In this document: in pieces, positions 19,963-29,779 of the stretch
How the letters are laid out: every line of letters begins with the position of its first letter
Position numbering within the stretch: position 1 is the first letter of the stretch
NCBI GenBank assembly: GCA_965215265.1
Contig: OZ244048.1
Location: 3,488,001 to 3,552,000, forward strand
Reading direction: 5' to 3'
DNA length: 64,000 bases
Source of the DNA: Candidatus Poribacteria bacterium
Lineage (GTDB): Bacteria > Poribacteria > WGA-4E > WGA-3G
Notes under the pieces: model-generated
The model's database searches: none
The model's input: the letters and a program-made list of their open reading frames with translations, nothing else
What the model was told of the DNA's origin: nothing
Position numbers and translations under genes: made by a program

Positions 19963-20925
19963 GTGAAACTTGGTAGCCCTGAGTGGCTAATTTTAACTTC
20001 ATGCTGTTTTCGAATTAGAAAATGCCTGACGTTGTTAATACTGCTTTTTCTATGGCCCCCAGAAGTTGAGGCTGCGTTTGAAAGCATTGGGTTGACAGCA
20101 AGGGCAATGGGGATGGGAGGCGTGCATTCTGCAGTTGCCAGTGATACGAGCGCACTGATATGGAATCCAGCGGGATTAACTCAACTCGGTACCCCTGAGA
20201 TTGGGCTAAGTTATACAGAACTGTACGGAATGCTCGGTTATAGTTTTATTGGATGGGCACACCCCACTCGGTTTGGGCAGCACACGCTAGGGAGCAGACA
20301 AACAATTGGTGCGGCCGTGCTCAGTTCACGCGATACTGAAGGCTTATCGCAAGAACGGATTGTTCTGCTGTCAGGTGCAACCCGCGTCCCGCGTCTTCCG
20401 ATTCATGTCGGTGCTAACATCAAGTACCTTTCCACTTCAGTCAACCTACCTAGTGCCGATGCGCGGGCTCCAATCTTTTCATTGGGACATGGAACTGGAT
20501 GGGCAGTAGACCTCGGTCTTCATTATAGGTTAGGCGCGCAACTGGCAGTCCGTAACTTGGATGAGGTTACGATCGGTGCGATGTTCCCAAATCTGTTATC
20601 GCAGCTCTATTATCGCCGTGAGGCAGGACGTTACAACGAGGAACTTTTACCGGAATGGCGCGTTGGTTGTGCATTAACCTTAGATTCCATCCTAGCGGCT
20701 TTTGAATTGGAAAACGGAGACCCGCTGATCGGATGTGAGTATCGGTTCAATTCAGATAACGGTATCGTCTCTGTGCGATTGGGCTGGCGTTTCACAGACG
20801 GTGTGTCACATGGATTCACGTTCGGATTTGGCTATCAAGACAATAACATTGTGTTAGATTACGCTTTTGTTAACGGCCGCTATGATGTACAGCCTTCACG
20901 TTTCTCGGTGCGGCTTTTCTACTGA
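19963..20925 (+). CDS. PorV/PorQ (UPF0164)-like outer-membrane beta-barrel
   Basis: 'ARAMGMGG...A...D.SAL.WNPAGL' signature; beta-strand pattern ending 'LDYAF...FSVRLFY'. Confidence 0.75.
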   Translation: MKLGSPEWLILTSCCFRIRKCLTLLILLFLWPPEVEAAFESIGLTARAMGMGGVHSAVASDTSALIWNPAGLTQLGTPEIGLSYTELYGMLGYSFIGWAHPTRFGQHTLGSRQTIGAAVLSSRDTEGLSQERIVLLSGATRVPRLPIHVGANIKYLSTSVNLPSADARAPIFSLGHGTGWAVDLGLHYRLGAQLAVRNLDEVTIGAMFPNLLSQLYYRREAGRYNEELLPEWRVGCALTLDSILAAFELENGDPLIGCEYRFNSDNGIVSVRLGWRFTDGVSHGFTFGFGYQDNNIVLDYAFVNGRYDVQPSRFSVRLFY

Positions 20926-21144
20926 TTTTTCTCAAAAAGGGAGACATAGACGAGTTTCTAAAATTTACCTGCAGGTATGCTCGGTGGCGTAAGGTAAGAA
21001 AATTGCCACATTTCTCACCTTATCGCCTCAATTTGAAATATGTACGTTGTCCGGAGACGGATGCACTCTTTTTCACATCAATCTCCGGTCTCACTTTGAA
21101 AGTGATGAAACGTGTAGCTTAGCCGAGGTAGATGTAAATCGGAC

Positions 21145-22185
21145 CTAATTGCTTTGCCGATACTCTTGTAAGAGTGCGTTAATTTTGTCAAGAAACGCCT
21201 GTGAGTAGATTTCACCAACGAGATCTTTGTGGGTTTTCGCAGCGATTTTATCCAATTCTTCCCAAGCATCCTTATTAAATTCAACCATCTTAATTCCAGC
21301 TTTCTTTTGAAGTGCTTCAACTGCGATGTCATTATCCTTCCGAATTTTCTGAACTAACTCTGCGTGATGCTTGGTGGCAACTTCGCGCAAAATTTTCTGT
21401 TGTGTCGTAGAAAGTCGGTCAAACTTTTCCTTAGTCATGACAGTTGCACCGAGACCAATGTTAACCGGCACATCGGTCATGTATTTAAGTTTGGGGTACC
21501 ATTGCAACGAGACACACACGTAAGGCGATGAGACGACAGTGTTGATTTGTCCGGAATAGAGTGCAGACAGGACCTGCGAAACCTCTTTAGGTACGTCTGC
21601 GACTTCTAGATTCTCGGCAAATGCCAGCCCGATTCGATCGGTGGTGCGAGTCCACATTTTAACCTTCGGAGTCCGGAGGGCATCAATAGAATCAATTGGT
21701 TGATTGCTAAAAACGTAATAGTAACCAATATCACCCCAACCAAGGAGAATATACCCGGCATCAGCAAAAGCCTGATCAAGTTCATTACGAAGATAGTCTC
21801 GGACGTAATCGAGCTCCTGATATGTTCTGAACATCCGAGGCAGCTGAAGAATCAACACCTCTTTGTGAATTTCACCGAGTCCTGTAGCCGTTATCGCTCC
21901 GGCATGGAGCAGCCCTGCCCGCATTTTGCGAATGACATCTAATTCGTCGCCTTGCACTGCGTTTGGATAGAAACGGAATTTGACTTCACCGGTGGTTTTA
22001 TCACCAATTTCCTTGGCCATGGCACTGAAACTGTTCATCCACGAGGAGCCTTTCGGTGCGAGTGTTGCGAACTTAACTGTTTCAGCGGCAACGGAATGTC
22101 CGGTGAAAGAAAGTTCCGTAAAAATCAATAGCGTTAAAAGTGCAGCCAAAGCACCCGTTAATTGATACGTTTTGGTTTTCATCAT
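21145..22185 (-). CDS. TRAP transporter substrate-binding protein (DctP/TatP type)
   Basis: 'KFATLAPKGSSW', 'QGDELDVIRKMRAGLLHAG'; signal peptide; overlaps the TatT stop. Confidence 0.88.
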   Translation of the reverse strand: MMKTKTYQLTGALAALLTLLIFTELSFTGHSVAAETVKFATLAPKGSSWMNSFSAMAKEIGDKTTGEVKFRFYPNAVQGDELDVIRKMRAGLLHAGAITATGLGEIHKEVLILQLPRMFRTYQELDYVRDYLRNELDQAFADAGYILLGWGDIGYYYVFSNQPIDSIDALRTPKVKMWTRTTDRIGLAFAENLEVADVPKEVSQVLSALYSGQINTVVSSPYVCVSLQWYPKLKYMTDVPVNIGLGATVMTKEKFDRLSTTQQKILREVATKHHAELVQKIRKDNDIAVEALQKKAGIKMVEFNKDAWEELDKIAAKTHKDLVGEIYSQAFLDKINALLQEYRQSN

Positions 22186-23132
22186 TCGGTTTCTCCTTCT
22201 TCCATGTCTGTATCAAACAGTGTATCCGCTTGAGCTAGCCAGCGTTTTGCACGAGCTTTTGCGATGGCAGTAGCGGCTTCTTGCCCTGGGAAAATGTCTG
22301 ACGGGGCATCAATAACTTCTTGTAAGGCTTGCTTGTAGAGCTTCAGATTTTGGGTTGGATAGGCATAATACCGGGCGAGATAACATTTACTGAGCAAGAA
22401 CCGCCCATTATTGATTCTATCCACGTGCGCAAGATGCTCTCTCGCCTTTTCAGAGTCACCGCCAATTGATGGGGACCGGTCCCCGTAGTAAACGGTAAAG
22501 AAGAGGTGCGCGCCGCCGTAATAGAAAGTCTCATCCAATTCAAGGATGCGTTGCATCATGAGTTCTACCCGGGGTAAATCGATTACCAGCATCGGGTCGT
22601 CCTTCTGGAGACTGATGCCGCGCGCCAATGCATAAGCTGCCCAGAATAGAGGTTCGGTATCTTCTTTTTTTAGTTTCTGGAGTGCTTTTTCAAACATTTC
22701 AACATCGACAGTCATGGCTTGATCTAAGGTTTTATTAGTTTGCGCTAGGGCTCTGAATGCGTAGCGTTGGGAACGTCCATAGTAGTCAATTGCACGCATG
22801 CGCAGTTCCGCGGCAATGGCAGTGGCACCTGCAATTTCAGCGTCCTCCATCTTATCTTCGATAAAACCTGCGTAAGATGAAAAGGCACGGGATGTCATCA
22901 TTAAGAGGGTAGTATTCTCTGGCACAATCTCAAGCATCCCCTCAAAAGTCTTGAGATTCCCTCTAATGCTGGCTTCTACTAAAGTTAGGTCGCCTTCTTT
23001 TTGAAGTGCAGCACCTGCCTTGGAGTAGACAATAACGGTTCTGCCGACTGTCAATTTGGTGAGACTACACCCGGCGAGACATATCGGCAAGAGCAGTAAA
23101 AATATTTGAATTCTCAATAGGTTCCGTACCAT
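22182..23132 (-). CDS. TRAP-T associated TatT lipoprotein (TPAT system)
   Basis: Lipobox LAGC; helical repeat-like sequence; 'ELDETFYYGGAH', 'GGDSEKAREH'; directly upstream of a DctP-like gene. Confidence 0.8.
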   Translation of the reverse strand: MVRNLLRIQIFLLLLPICLAGCSLTKLTVGRTVIVYSKAGAALQKEGDLTLVEASIRGNLKTFEGMLEIVPENTTLLMMTSRAFSSYAGFIEDKMEDAEIAGATAIAAELRMRAIDYYGRSQRYAFRALAQTNKTLDQAMTVDVEMFEKALQKLKKEDTEPLFWAAYALARGISLQKDDPMLVIDLPRVELMMQRILELDETFYYGGAHLFFTVYYGDRSPSIGGDSEKAREHLAHVDRINNGRFLLSKCYLARYYAYPTQNLKLYKQALQEVIDAPSDIFPGQEAATAIAKARAKRWLAQADTLFDTDMEEGETE

Positions 23133-23308
23133 AGTAACAGATTCCTCCTTTTGTTACGGAATTGATTTTACATAATTTGCTGTGAAGGTATATTTGCGTT
23201 AAATTACATGTTTTGCTCTCTCATGATAGTGCAAGCTGCAGTGATAAATTCGGTTCGCTCTCGCCAGGGGCTTCTGATGCAATTTCAATCTTGTCGTTAA
23301 AGTCAATC

Positions 23309-24487
23309 TCATACGACGGAATAGAAAGGCAAAAGTCGTATTGTACCATTGACGCGCCCATTTGGCATCTCGATCTGTACGCGACTGCCCGGTTCCGTGA
23401 CAGCCATCCGGACGTAGCCAAGAGCAATCATTTTGTTGAGGATAGGCGAATAGGCTGTACTGGTAATCCAACCGACCTCTTTTTGTTCGCTATAAACTTT
23501 CTTTGTACGGTGCTCAAATACGGCTGTGCTTGCATACCGCTCGTGGAGGCCTTTTGGTTCGGATACAGCGAATTCGATTTCAATGCCGCGTAATAGCCTG
23601 TTGGGATGCCCACGGTAGTTCATTCGTGCGACAATCTCTTGTCCGATATAGCACCCCTTCTCGAAATCAATAGCATGCGTTAGCTCTGCTTCGAGCGGAA
23701 TAATCGCTTCTGTTAATTCGGCACCATATTTTGGGGTACCAGCCTCAATTCGCAGCAGCTCCGCTGCCTCCCAACCGATAGGTGTAGGATGGATAGATTG
23801 GGATATTAGACGGTCCCACAGCCATTGCAATGATTCTGCTGCAGTATACAGATTATAACCGATTTCGCCGGTTTGGTGCGTTCGAGCGTACATTATCCGG
23901 TGCGAACTGGTGCCGCCATCAACCTCATAGTAACCGTTGTGATGCTCCGCGATTTCCGGGAGGGCTGGTTCTTCCAAAACGGCGCAGAGAAGATGATGTG
24001 CTTGTGTTCCACAGATGGTAATGGCACCGGTTTGTGTGGTGATGTTCTCCAATTCGACATCGTCTGCAATGATGTATTTGTCCAATTCTTTGAAAAGGGA
24101 TTCCGTAGCCTCCGGATTGGTGTCAATATAGATAGCATCATCGCGTACATAAACGTGCATATCGGAAATAATTTTACCACGATTCGTTAAAAGCGTGGTA
24201 TAATTTCCTTGTCCGGCCTGGAGTCCTTCAACATCATTGGAGAGGATGCGGTGCAGAAATTTTGCCCGGTCTGCTCCTGTTACCCGGTATCTACCACGGT
24301 GTGACATGTCAGCGAGCCCTACGCTATTTCTAACGGCGTGGTGCTCGGTAACCGTATCTGTGAAATGCACGGGAACTTTCCAACCGTGGTGCCTTTCAGC
24401 AAAAGTTGCACCGAGTTGACAGTGGATGTGATAAAGCGGTGTCGTTCTCATGTTTCTATGTGAGTGTGTTCCTTTAATCTGTGTCAA
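23309..24487 (-). CDS. Folate-binding aminomethyltransferase-like protein (YgfZ/GcvT family)
   Basis: 'TPLYHIH', 'EHHAVR', 'LRIEAG', YgfZ signature 'KGCYIGQE'. Confidence 0.88.
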   Translation of the reverse strand: MTQIKGTHSHRNMRTTPLYHIHCQLGATFAERHHGWKVPVHFTDTVTEHHAVRNSVGLADMSHRGRYRVTGADRAKFLHRILSNDVEGLQAGQGNYTTLLTNRGKIISDMHVYVRDDAIYIDTNPEATESLFKELDKYIIADDVELENITTQTGAITICGTQAHHLLCAVLEEPALPEIAEHHNGYYEVDGGTSSHRIMYARTHQTGEIGYNLYTAAESLQWLWDRLISQSIHPTPIGWEAAELLRIEAGTPKYGAELTEAIIPLEAELTHAIDFEKGCYIGQEIVARMNYRGHPNRLLRGIEIEFAVSEPKGLHERYASTAVFEHRTKKVYSEQKEVGWITSTAYSPILNKMIALGYVRMAVTEPGSRVQIEMPNGRVNGTIRLLPFYSVV

Positions 24488-24499
24488 TTCCTATTTGGG

Positions 24500-27400
24500 T
24501 TAAAACATTCGCTCCAGTCGCCAGATAATTTGTGCATCTTGTAGGCGTGAAGGGAGTTTGGGGAAATCCTTTAACGGGACAGCTATCTCAACTGCAAGGC
24601 TTCGCGGTGTTCGATCTCCAAGTGGGTCTACGAAAACCGAGAATCCGATACCGACAGCGGTCTTTAACCGTTCTCGTATGGAAAAGTCGGAGAAGGGTTG
24701 TTCATCAAACCACCACACTTGTCCGGCATCAAAAAAAGAGTTAAACGCCCATCCGAGAACAACATCAGTGTCACTTCCCGTGGGAATCATTGTCTCTTTA
24801 ATAATTCGGTATTCAATGTTGAGCAGTACTCGCCTATCGCCCGCGAAGGTATTGAAATCGTAGCCGCGCAGCGTGGCTGTACCGCCGAGATAGAGAAGTA
24901 GCTGCCGAGGTAATGGCGTATCCGAAAAATCGCCTGCGAGGCGGATGTTTAAGTGATGCGGTCCGAAAATCGGTGTGTAACGTGATAGTTCAAATTTGTA
25001 AAAATTAAAAGCGTGAGCTCCACCGAGGCGTTCGCCAGCCATTTCAACTGCAAAGTGTCCTCGCCAGCCGCGCCGGGTACGTTCATGTGGCATAGAGATT
25101 CTCTCTCCCATATTGTGGAAAGGTTGGCTGCTATATTTCTCATCCCGGGTATCAAATGTGTAACTGAGAGAGAGTCTTCTCAATTGCCCAGGTTCAATCC
25201 GAGGATTGCCTCGTTTGAGGAGTCCTCTGTTAAAGTAACTCCAATCTGTTGATTTGGATAGGTTATCGTGGTTCTCTTGTGTGAATCTAAACCTGAGTTG
25301 TGCTGATGTTCCAAAGACATGTGTTATCCAGATTTGATACCCATGTCGTTGATAATAGTCCTCGAAATCGAAGCCATAAAATGCAGCACTCAGGTTGGCT
25401 CGGGTAGGGAGCAAAGCGTTGTTGTAACTGACATCCGTTAGTTTGTAGTAACCTGCACCGAGTTTTATATCGCCAATATAGCTGCTCCCGATGGTGTTAA
25501 AGAAACGTTTTTCGATTCCGATGTCATAATTCCATATCCGACTGGAAAACCCACGTCCGAGTGAACCGAAAAACAGTTCTTCATCGGTTAGTCGTGCTAA
25601 GAGCCCCCCACTTGCACCCAGTACTAGGCCGTGAACTCTATTAAAGCCCAGGATTGGAAAAACACCCGGTTTGACGATAGGCTGCTCCTCAATATCAATA
25701 ATCATGATGTTTTTCCCTGCCTCTCGTTGGACTCGCCAGTCGCGAATAGATTTGAAGCGTTCGTTGTTTTGACTGAGACGCTCGTGCATCTGTCTTATTT
25801 TTACCTGACCGAGGGTTTGGTAATATACGTCGTCGGTTCGTAAATCAAGGGCCTCTACAAGTTCTGTGGACGATATTCGGTTATTGCCGGTGAAACGAAT
25901 TTCATCTAATGAACCCTCGTTAATGGAAAATTGGAGGACATCGTTGAGAAATTCATACGTGACTGTAGCCAATTCGTAACCGCGATTCCAATAAAAATTG
26001 GCAATCAATTGCTGCTTCAACTTTACAGTTGCAATCGCGAGATATCCCGGCACTAAATCAAACCATTCCTTTATAAATTGTACTGGGAAACTCCGGTTTC
26101 CTATGATATCAATGTGGCGCGCAAATCGAACAGGTGCTTCTGTTACGTGAATGCGTAAAGCGTAGTCTGAACTTGCAAATTGATTGCTACCGATTTTTTC
26201 GGATAGTGGATGCTGTTCAATTTTAGTCGTTGGCAATTGTGATGAGGCTGCTATTGCTTCAGTCTCCAAACGTGCTGCTTGAAACCAGTCATGATTTTCT
26301 AATCCAGCAATTAGCCAAGAGAGTTGTGAGTTTGTGATAACATCACCGTGCTTGATAAGGATATGGTTCTGCACAATTTCGGTTGGAATCCTTGTATTCC
26401 CTTCAATTTCAAGGGTGGTAACATGCAGTTTTTCCTCAGTTCCAAAATTTTCGGCAAGTTGTGGTTGAGCGGTTACAAGTTTTAGAGCCCCCATGGCTTC
26501 TTTCCAATGTGGCCACCACGGATGCTCAACATCATAAGTAGGTAACCAATAACTGTACTCCCGTTGTGTATCAAACTCTAGAAACTCAAGGTTCGCGATT
26601 TGTCCTTGTGCCTTTCGGTGTATGTTGAAGTACCATGTATCTTTCGCTTGTTGTTCGAGCCTACGCCGTGATATGGCGAGTTCGAGGCTCCAAAATGTGG
26701 CATTGATTCGTGTAGCCACGTTGGCATCTGAGTTCCACTTGCTATCCGCTTTAAATGTTTGTGCAGCGTTGTTTTGTGTTTCCCATTGAACGTCAGCCGG
26801 GGCAAAACGAAGAATAGGTGGCCCGGTCGCCTTAACCTTCTGATCTAAAAGTGCTCCAATCGGGTTGACAATGAAATGATAGTAAGGTTCTGTCTGTGGA
26901 TCCGGGTCAAGCAGGATTTCAACAGCTTCATCCTCCCAGATAGGGGAATCTTGTTGGGTTTGCGAGGTACGGAAAATTCGTATGTTGGGAAAGTACGCCT
27001 TGACACCGATATAGAAGTTTTGTGCGTCCCACATCAAAAGTACCTCGGTCGGATTTTCTGGGGCTTCGGTTCCATCTGTATTGTGAAATGGCTGAAGACG
27101 CGCGGCGACCATCCACGCTTTTTCAAAGAGATTTCCATCAATAACAGGCGTTAGCACCGTTTGGGGGACAAGTTGTACAGTTTCAACTGGCACCGGCTGT
27201 GGTGCAGATTCGGCTCCGATCGGTAGAATAGAGATTGTATTTTTGGCTCTCAAGCGGAGCAGCGGTCCGCCGTCGTTCAGTATCATGCGAGAGTCATCTT
27301 CAATTTGGACAGGTAGATTGACGACTACTTGCTGCTTCTGACTTTCAACTTCAACATCAGCTGGATAATTTTCAGGGAGCCGCAATTGGAGGCGGCCTCC

Positions 27401-28174
27401 GTGTGCTGTTAAATCCAGCGGTGCTGCGACAGCATCAAGTACCTCCAATTCAATTGAACCATTTTGTGTGTTTATCACGTTTTGCCCTCGGGTTAACAAA
27501 ATTTTGCCGGAGATGTCTCCTTTGGTGACTTTGATAGAATAGGTTCCTTGGGTTTCACCTAAATGTACATCCCCTGTGTGAGCGACAAGTTCCATTTTCC
27601 CGCGGAGGCGCTGAAGTCGAATATCTCCGTCTTTCGTTTCAAGTTTAACAGAGATATCCGGCGGCGTTCCAATTGTACAGCTCAGTTGAACCTGTTTTTC
27701 TATAGAAGATTGAATTTGGGGGTATTCTCTGCTGGGCAGAACAGATTCCGGTGGTGGTTCAAAAAAGGTTGTTTGCGGGGGTGCAAGCGCATCGTTTGGA
27801 AATTGGACTTTTAATTGAAGTGTACCCTTCTGACGTGTTTCCGTTAAGGAAATGTTATCCAGATAGTTTTTTACAGCATCCGCCGGCAATTGAAAATTAT
27901 CAGCGCTTTGCGGCGGCGCGTAAAGTTTCGTGAATGTCACGCGTATCATATTGCTATCTGTACTTACCAACTCAATGTTTCCACGCGCTTGTAAATTGAG
28001 GGCTAGCTGATCGACATCATCAAGATCAAAAGTGTGAGTTGAGATTGCTTCCACTCCGTTTGTTAACTGGACAGCAGGTGGCATGTCCTCTTTACTTTCA
28101 GGTTGGGCGTACAGATTCAGCACCGCCAAACTTGAATACAATAGTACAGTATAAAAAACGATATAGAGGAACAT
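24500..28174 (-). CDS. Omp85/BamA-family outer-membrane protein with N-terminal DUF4097-like and CBM9-like domains plus POTRA repeats
   Basis: Signal peptide from ATG 28174; GDI/GSI beta repeats; 'PVIDGNL.E.AW...WDAQNFYI...DEAVEILLDP...W.LELAI'; POTRA 'IEGNTRI', 'IIGNRSF', 'FTGNNRI'; 'LRGYDF' loop-6 motif; terminal Phe. ORF is open from 28354. Confidence 0.8.
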   Translation of the reverse strand: MFLYIVFYTVLLYSSLAVLNLYAQPESKEDMPPAVQLTNGVEAISTHTFDLDDVDQLALNLQARGNIELVSTDSNMIRVTFTKLYAPPQSADNFQLPADAVKNYLDNISLTETRQKGTLQLKVQFPNDALAPPQTTFFEPPPESVLPSREYPQIQSSIEKQVQLSCTIGTPPDISVKLETKDGDIRLQRLRGKMELVAHTGDVHLGETQGTYSIKVTKGDISGKILLTRGQNVINTQNGSIELEVLDAVAAPLDLTAHGGRLQLRLPENYPADVEVESQKQQVVVNLPVQIEDDSRMILNDGGPLLRLRAKNTISILPIGAESAPQPVPVETVQLVPQTVLTPVIDGNLFEKAWMVAARLQPFHNTDGTEAPENPTEVLLMWDAQNFYIGVKAYFPNIRIFRTSQTQQDSPIWEDEAVEILLDPDPQTEPYYHFIVNPIGALLDQKVKATGPPILRFAPADVQWETQNNAAQTFKADSKWNSDANVATRINATFWSLELAISRRRLEQQAKDTWYFNIHRKAQGQIANLEFLEFDTQREYSYWLPTYDVEHPWWPHWKEAMGALKLVTAQPQLAENFGTEEKLHVTTLEIEGNTRIPTEIVQNHILIKHGDVITNSQLSWLIAGLENHDWFQAARLETEAIAASSQLPTTKIEQHPLSEKIGSNQFASSDYALRIHVTEAPVRFARHIDIIGNRSFPVQFIKEWFDLVPGYLAIATVKLKQQLIANFYWNRGYELATVTYEFLNDVLQFSINEGSLDEIRFTGNNRISSTELVEALDLRTDDVYYQTLGQVKIRQMHERLSQNNERFKSIRDWRVQREAGKNIMIIDIEEQPIVKPGVFPILGFNRVHGLVLGASGGLLARLTDEELFFGSLGRGFSSRIWNYDIGIEKRFFNTIGSSYIGDIKLGAGYYKLTDVSYNNALLPTRANLSAAFYGFDFEDYYQRHGYQIWITHVFGTSAQLRFRFTQENHDNLSKSTDWSYFNRGLLKRGNPRIEPGQLRRLSLSYTFDTRDEKYSSQPFHNMGERISMPHERTRRGWRGHFAVEMAGERLGGAHAFNFYKFELSRYTPIFGPHHLNIRLAGDFSDTPLPRQLLLYLGGTATLRGYDFNTFAGDRRVLLNIEYRIIKETMIPTGSDTDVVLGWAFNSFFDAGQVWWFDEQPFSDFSIRERLKTAVGIGFSVFVDPLGDRTPRSLAVEIAVPLKDFPKLPSRLQDAQIIWRLERMF

Positions 28175-28403
28175 AGCTCGAGCAAAGGCAACGTGGTGTT
28201 TGCAGGAGACAAACGGATTAAAATTCTGCACCGTGCTATGCCAATGACTTTGGTCTGTCTGTCCGCAATTCAATATTTGATAAGAGGTTTGGAATCCGTG
28301 GCGTAGCCAACCCAATCTCTCTTTAATGCTAAAGGTTGCTGTCTGAAAAATCATACAAAACGTTTAGAGTTTCTTTTTTTTTGGTGGTGCGTGTGATAAT
28401 TAC

Positions 28404-28447
28404 TTGACATGTTTTAAATAATACCTTATACTTACTATAGAAGTCAA
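28404..28447. promoter_or_regulatory. Overlapping divergent sigma70 promoters (xylA / Omp85 fusion)
   Basis: Plus strand TTGACA(28404)-17-TATACT; minus strand TTGACT(28447)-18-TATTAT. Confidence 0.6.
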
Positions 28448-28500
28448 GCAGTTTATTTTTCCAAAATGTGCAACGCGTACCGTTATCGGAGAAAAATTAA

Positions 28501-29544
28501 ATGAACCAAGAACATACAGAATACTGTTTCTCTTTTGGTCCTTGGAATATACAAGAAGGAGCAGACCCTTTTGGACCGCCCGTTCGAGATGGGTTTACTT
28601 TTGATAAGAAAGTCGGATTCTATAGAGAACTCGGTTTTGTTGGGATTCAATTCCATGATGACGATATTGTGCCGGATATTGACGACAAGACGCATGCGCA
28701 GCTGATATCAAGGGCAAAAGCGGTCAAAAAGCAGATCTATAACAACGGTTTAACAGCAGAGGTCGTTGCACCACGGCTATGGGAATCACCGCAGACGATT
28801 GATGGTGCTTACACATCCAATTGTGCAGCGGAGCGGGCCTACGCGCTTGAACGTTCAAAACGGTGTATTGATATTGCTAATGAAATCGGATGCCAAAACC
28901 TTGTGTTATGGCTTGCCCGCGAAGGGACTTATATTCGGGAAACAAAGAGTGCCTCCGACGCGGTAGGCTACATTTTGGATGCAATCAATACGTTGCTGGA
29001 ATACGACTCGGAAATCCGCATCCTGATTGAGCCGAAGCCGAATGAGCCCATGGATATTGCTTATATTCCAACAATTGGGCATGCTATTGGGCTGGCTTAT
29101 GCGAGCCGGGCACCGGAACGCGTCGGAGGTCTTATCGAAAGTGCACACGCCATCCTTGCAGGGTTAGAACCCTCAGATGAAATGGGATACGCCCTCTATC
29201 ACAAGAAACTGTGGAGCGTCCATCTCAACGATCAGAACGGGCTCAAATTCGACCAGGACAAGGCATTCGGTTCCGTCAATCTGCGACGTGCTTTTAATCA
29301 AGTCCGGGTGCTTGAGAAGAACGGTTACGGCAGAAACGGGGAGTTTGTAGGCTTAGACGTTAAAGTTATGCGCACACAACCGCGCGAGTTATCAACTAAA
29401 CATCTTTTGAGTAGCCGCCGGACGTTCCTGAACCTATTAGAAAAGGTTCGCAGCTATGACAAAAAGGTAGAGCAAGAATTTATTGCAGCAAGAGACTACG
29501 AAGGGTTGGATTTCTATATCCTAACACATCTTCTTGGAAATTAA
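28501..29544 (+). CDS. xylA: Xylose isomerase-like protein
   Basis: 'FHDDD', 'WLAREG', 'EPKPNEP', 'E.AH', 'HLNDQ..LKFDQD'. Confidence 0.82.
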   Translation: MNQEHTEYCFSFGPWNIQEGADPFGPPVRDGFTFDKKVGFYRELGFVGIQFHDDDIVPDIDDKTHAQLISRAKAVKKQIYNNGLTAEVVAPRLWESPQTIDGAYTSNCAAERAYALERSKRCIDIANEIGCQNLVLWLAREGTYIRETKSASDAVGYILDAINTLLEYDSEIRILIEPKPNEPMDIAYIPTIGHAIGLAYASRAPERVGGLIESAHAILAGLEPSDEMGYALYHKKLWSVHLNDQNGLKFDQDKAFGSVNLRRAFNQVRVLEKNGYGRNGEFVGLDVKVMRTQPRELSTKHLLSSRRTFLNLLEKVRSYDKKVEQEFIAARDYEGLDFYILTHLLGN

Positions 29545-29779
29545 CAGGAGTAACATGGACACGGGGTTTTAAGTAACAGTCGGATGTGCTTTCCGTTTTC
29601 TTTAGAAGCACGTTGCGAAAGTGCTGTTTAGATCTGCAAGAAGCCGCTGGCAAGGTTTCCCGCCTCGGAAACCCTTGGCATTGATTTTTTGTAAGGTTAT
29701 TTTGGCGTACATGTCATCGGAGATATCTTCGCCAAATTGTAGAAACGCATTTTGCAAAACCCTGCATTTTAAAACGAGA

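Noticed and set aside
21043-21114. Hammerhead-like junction with GAAAC
   Set aside because: No CUGAUGA between the stems
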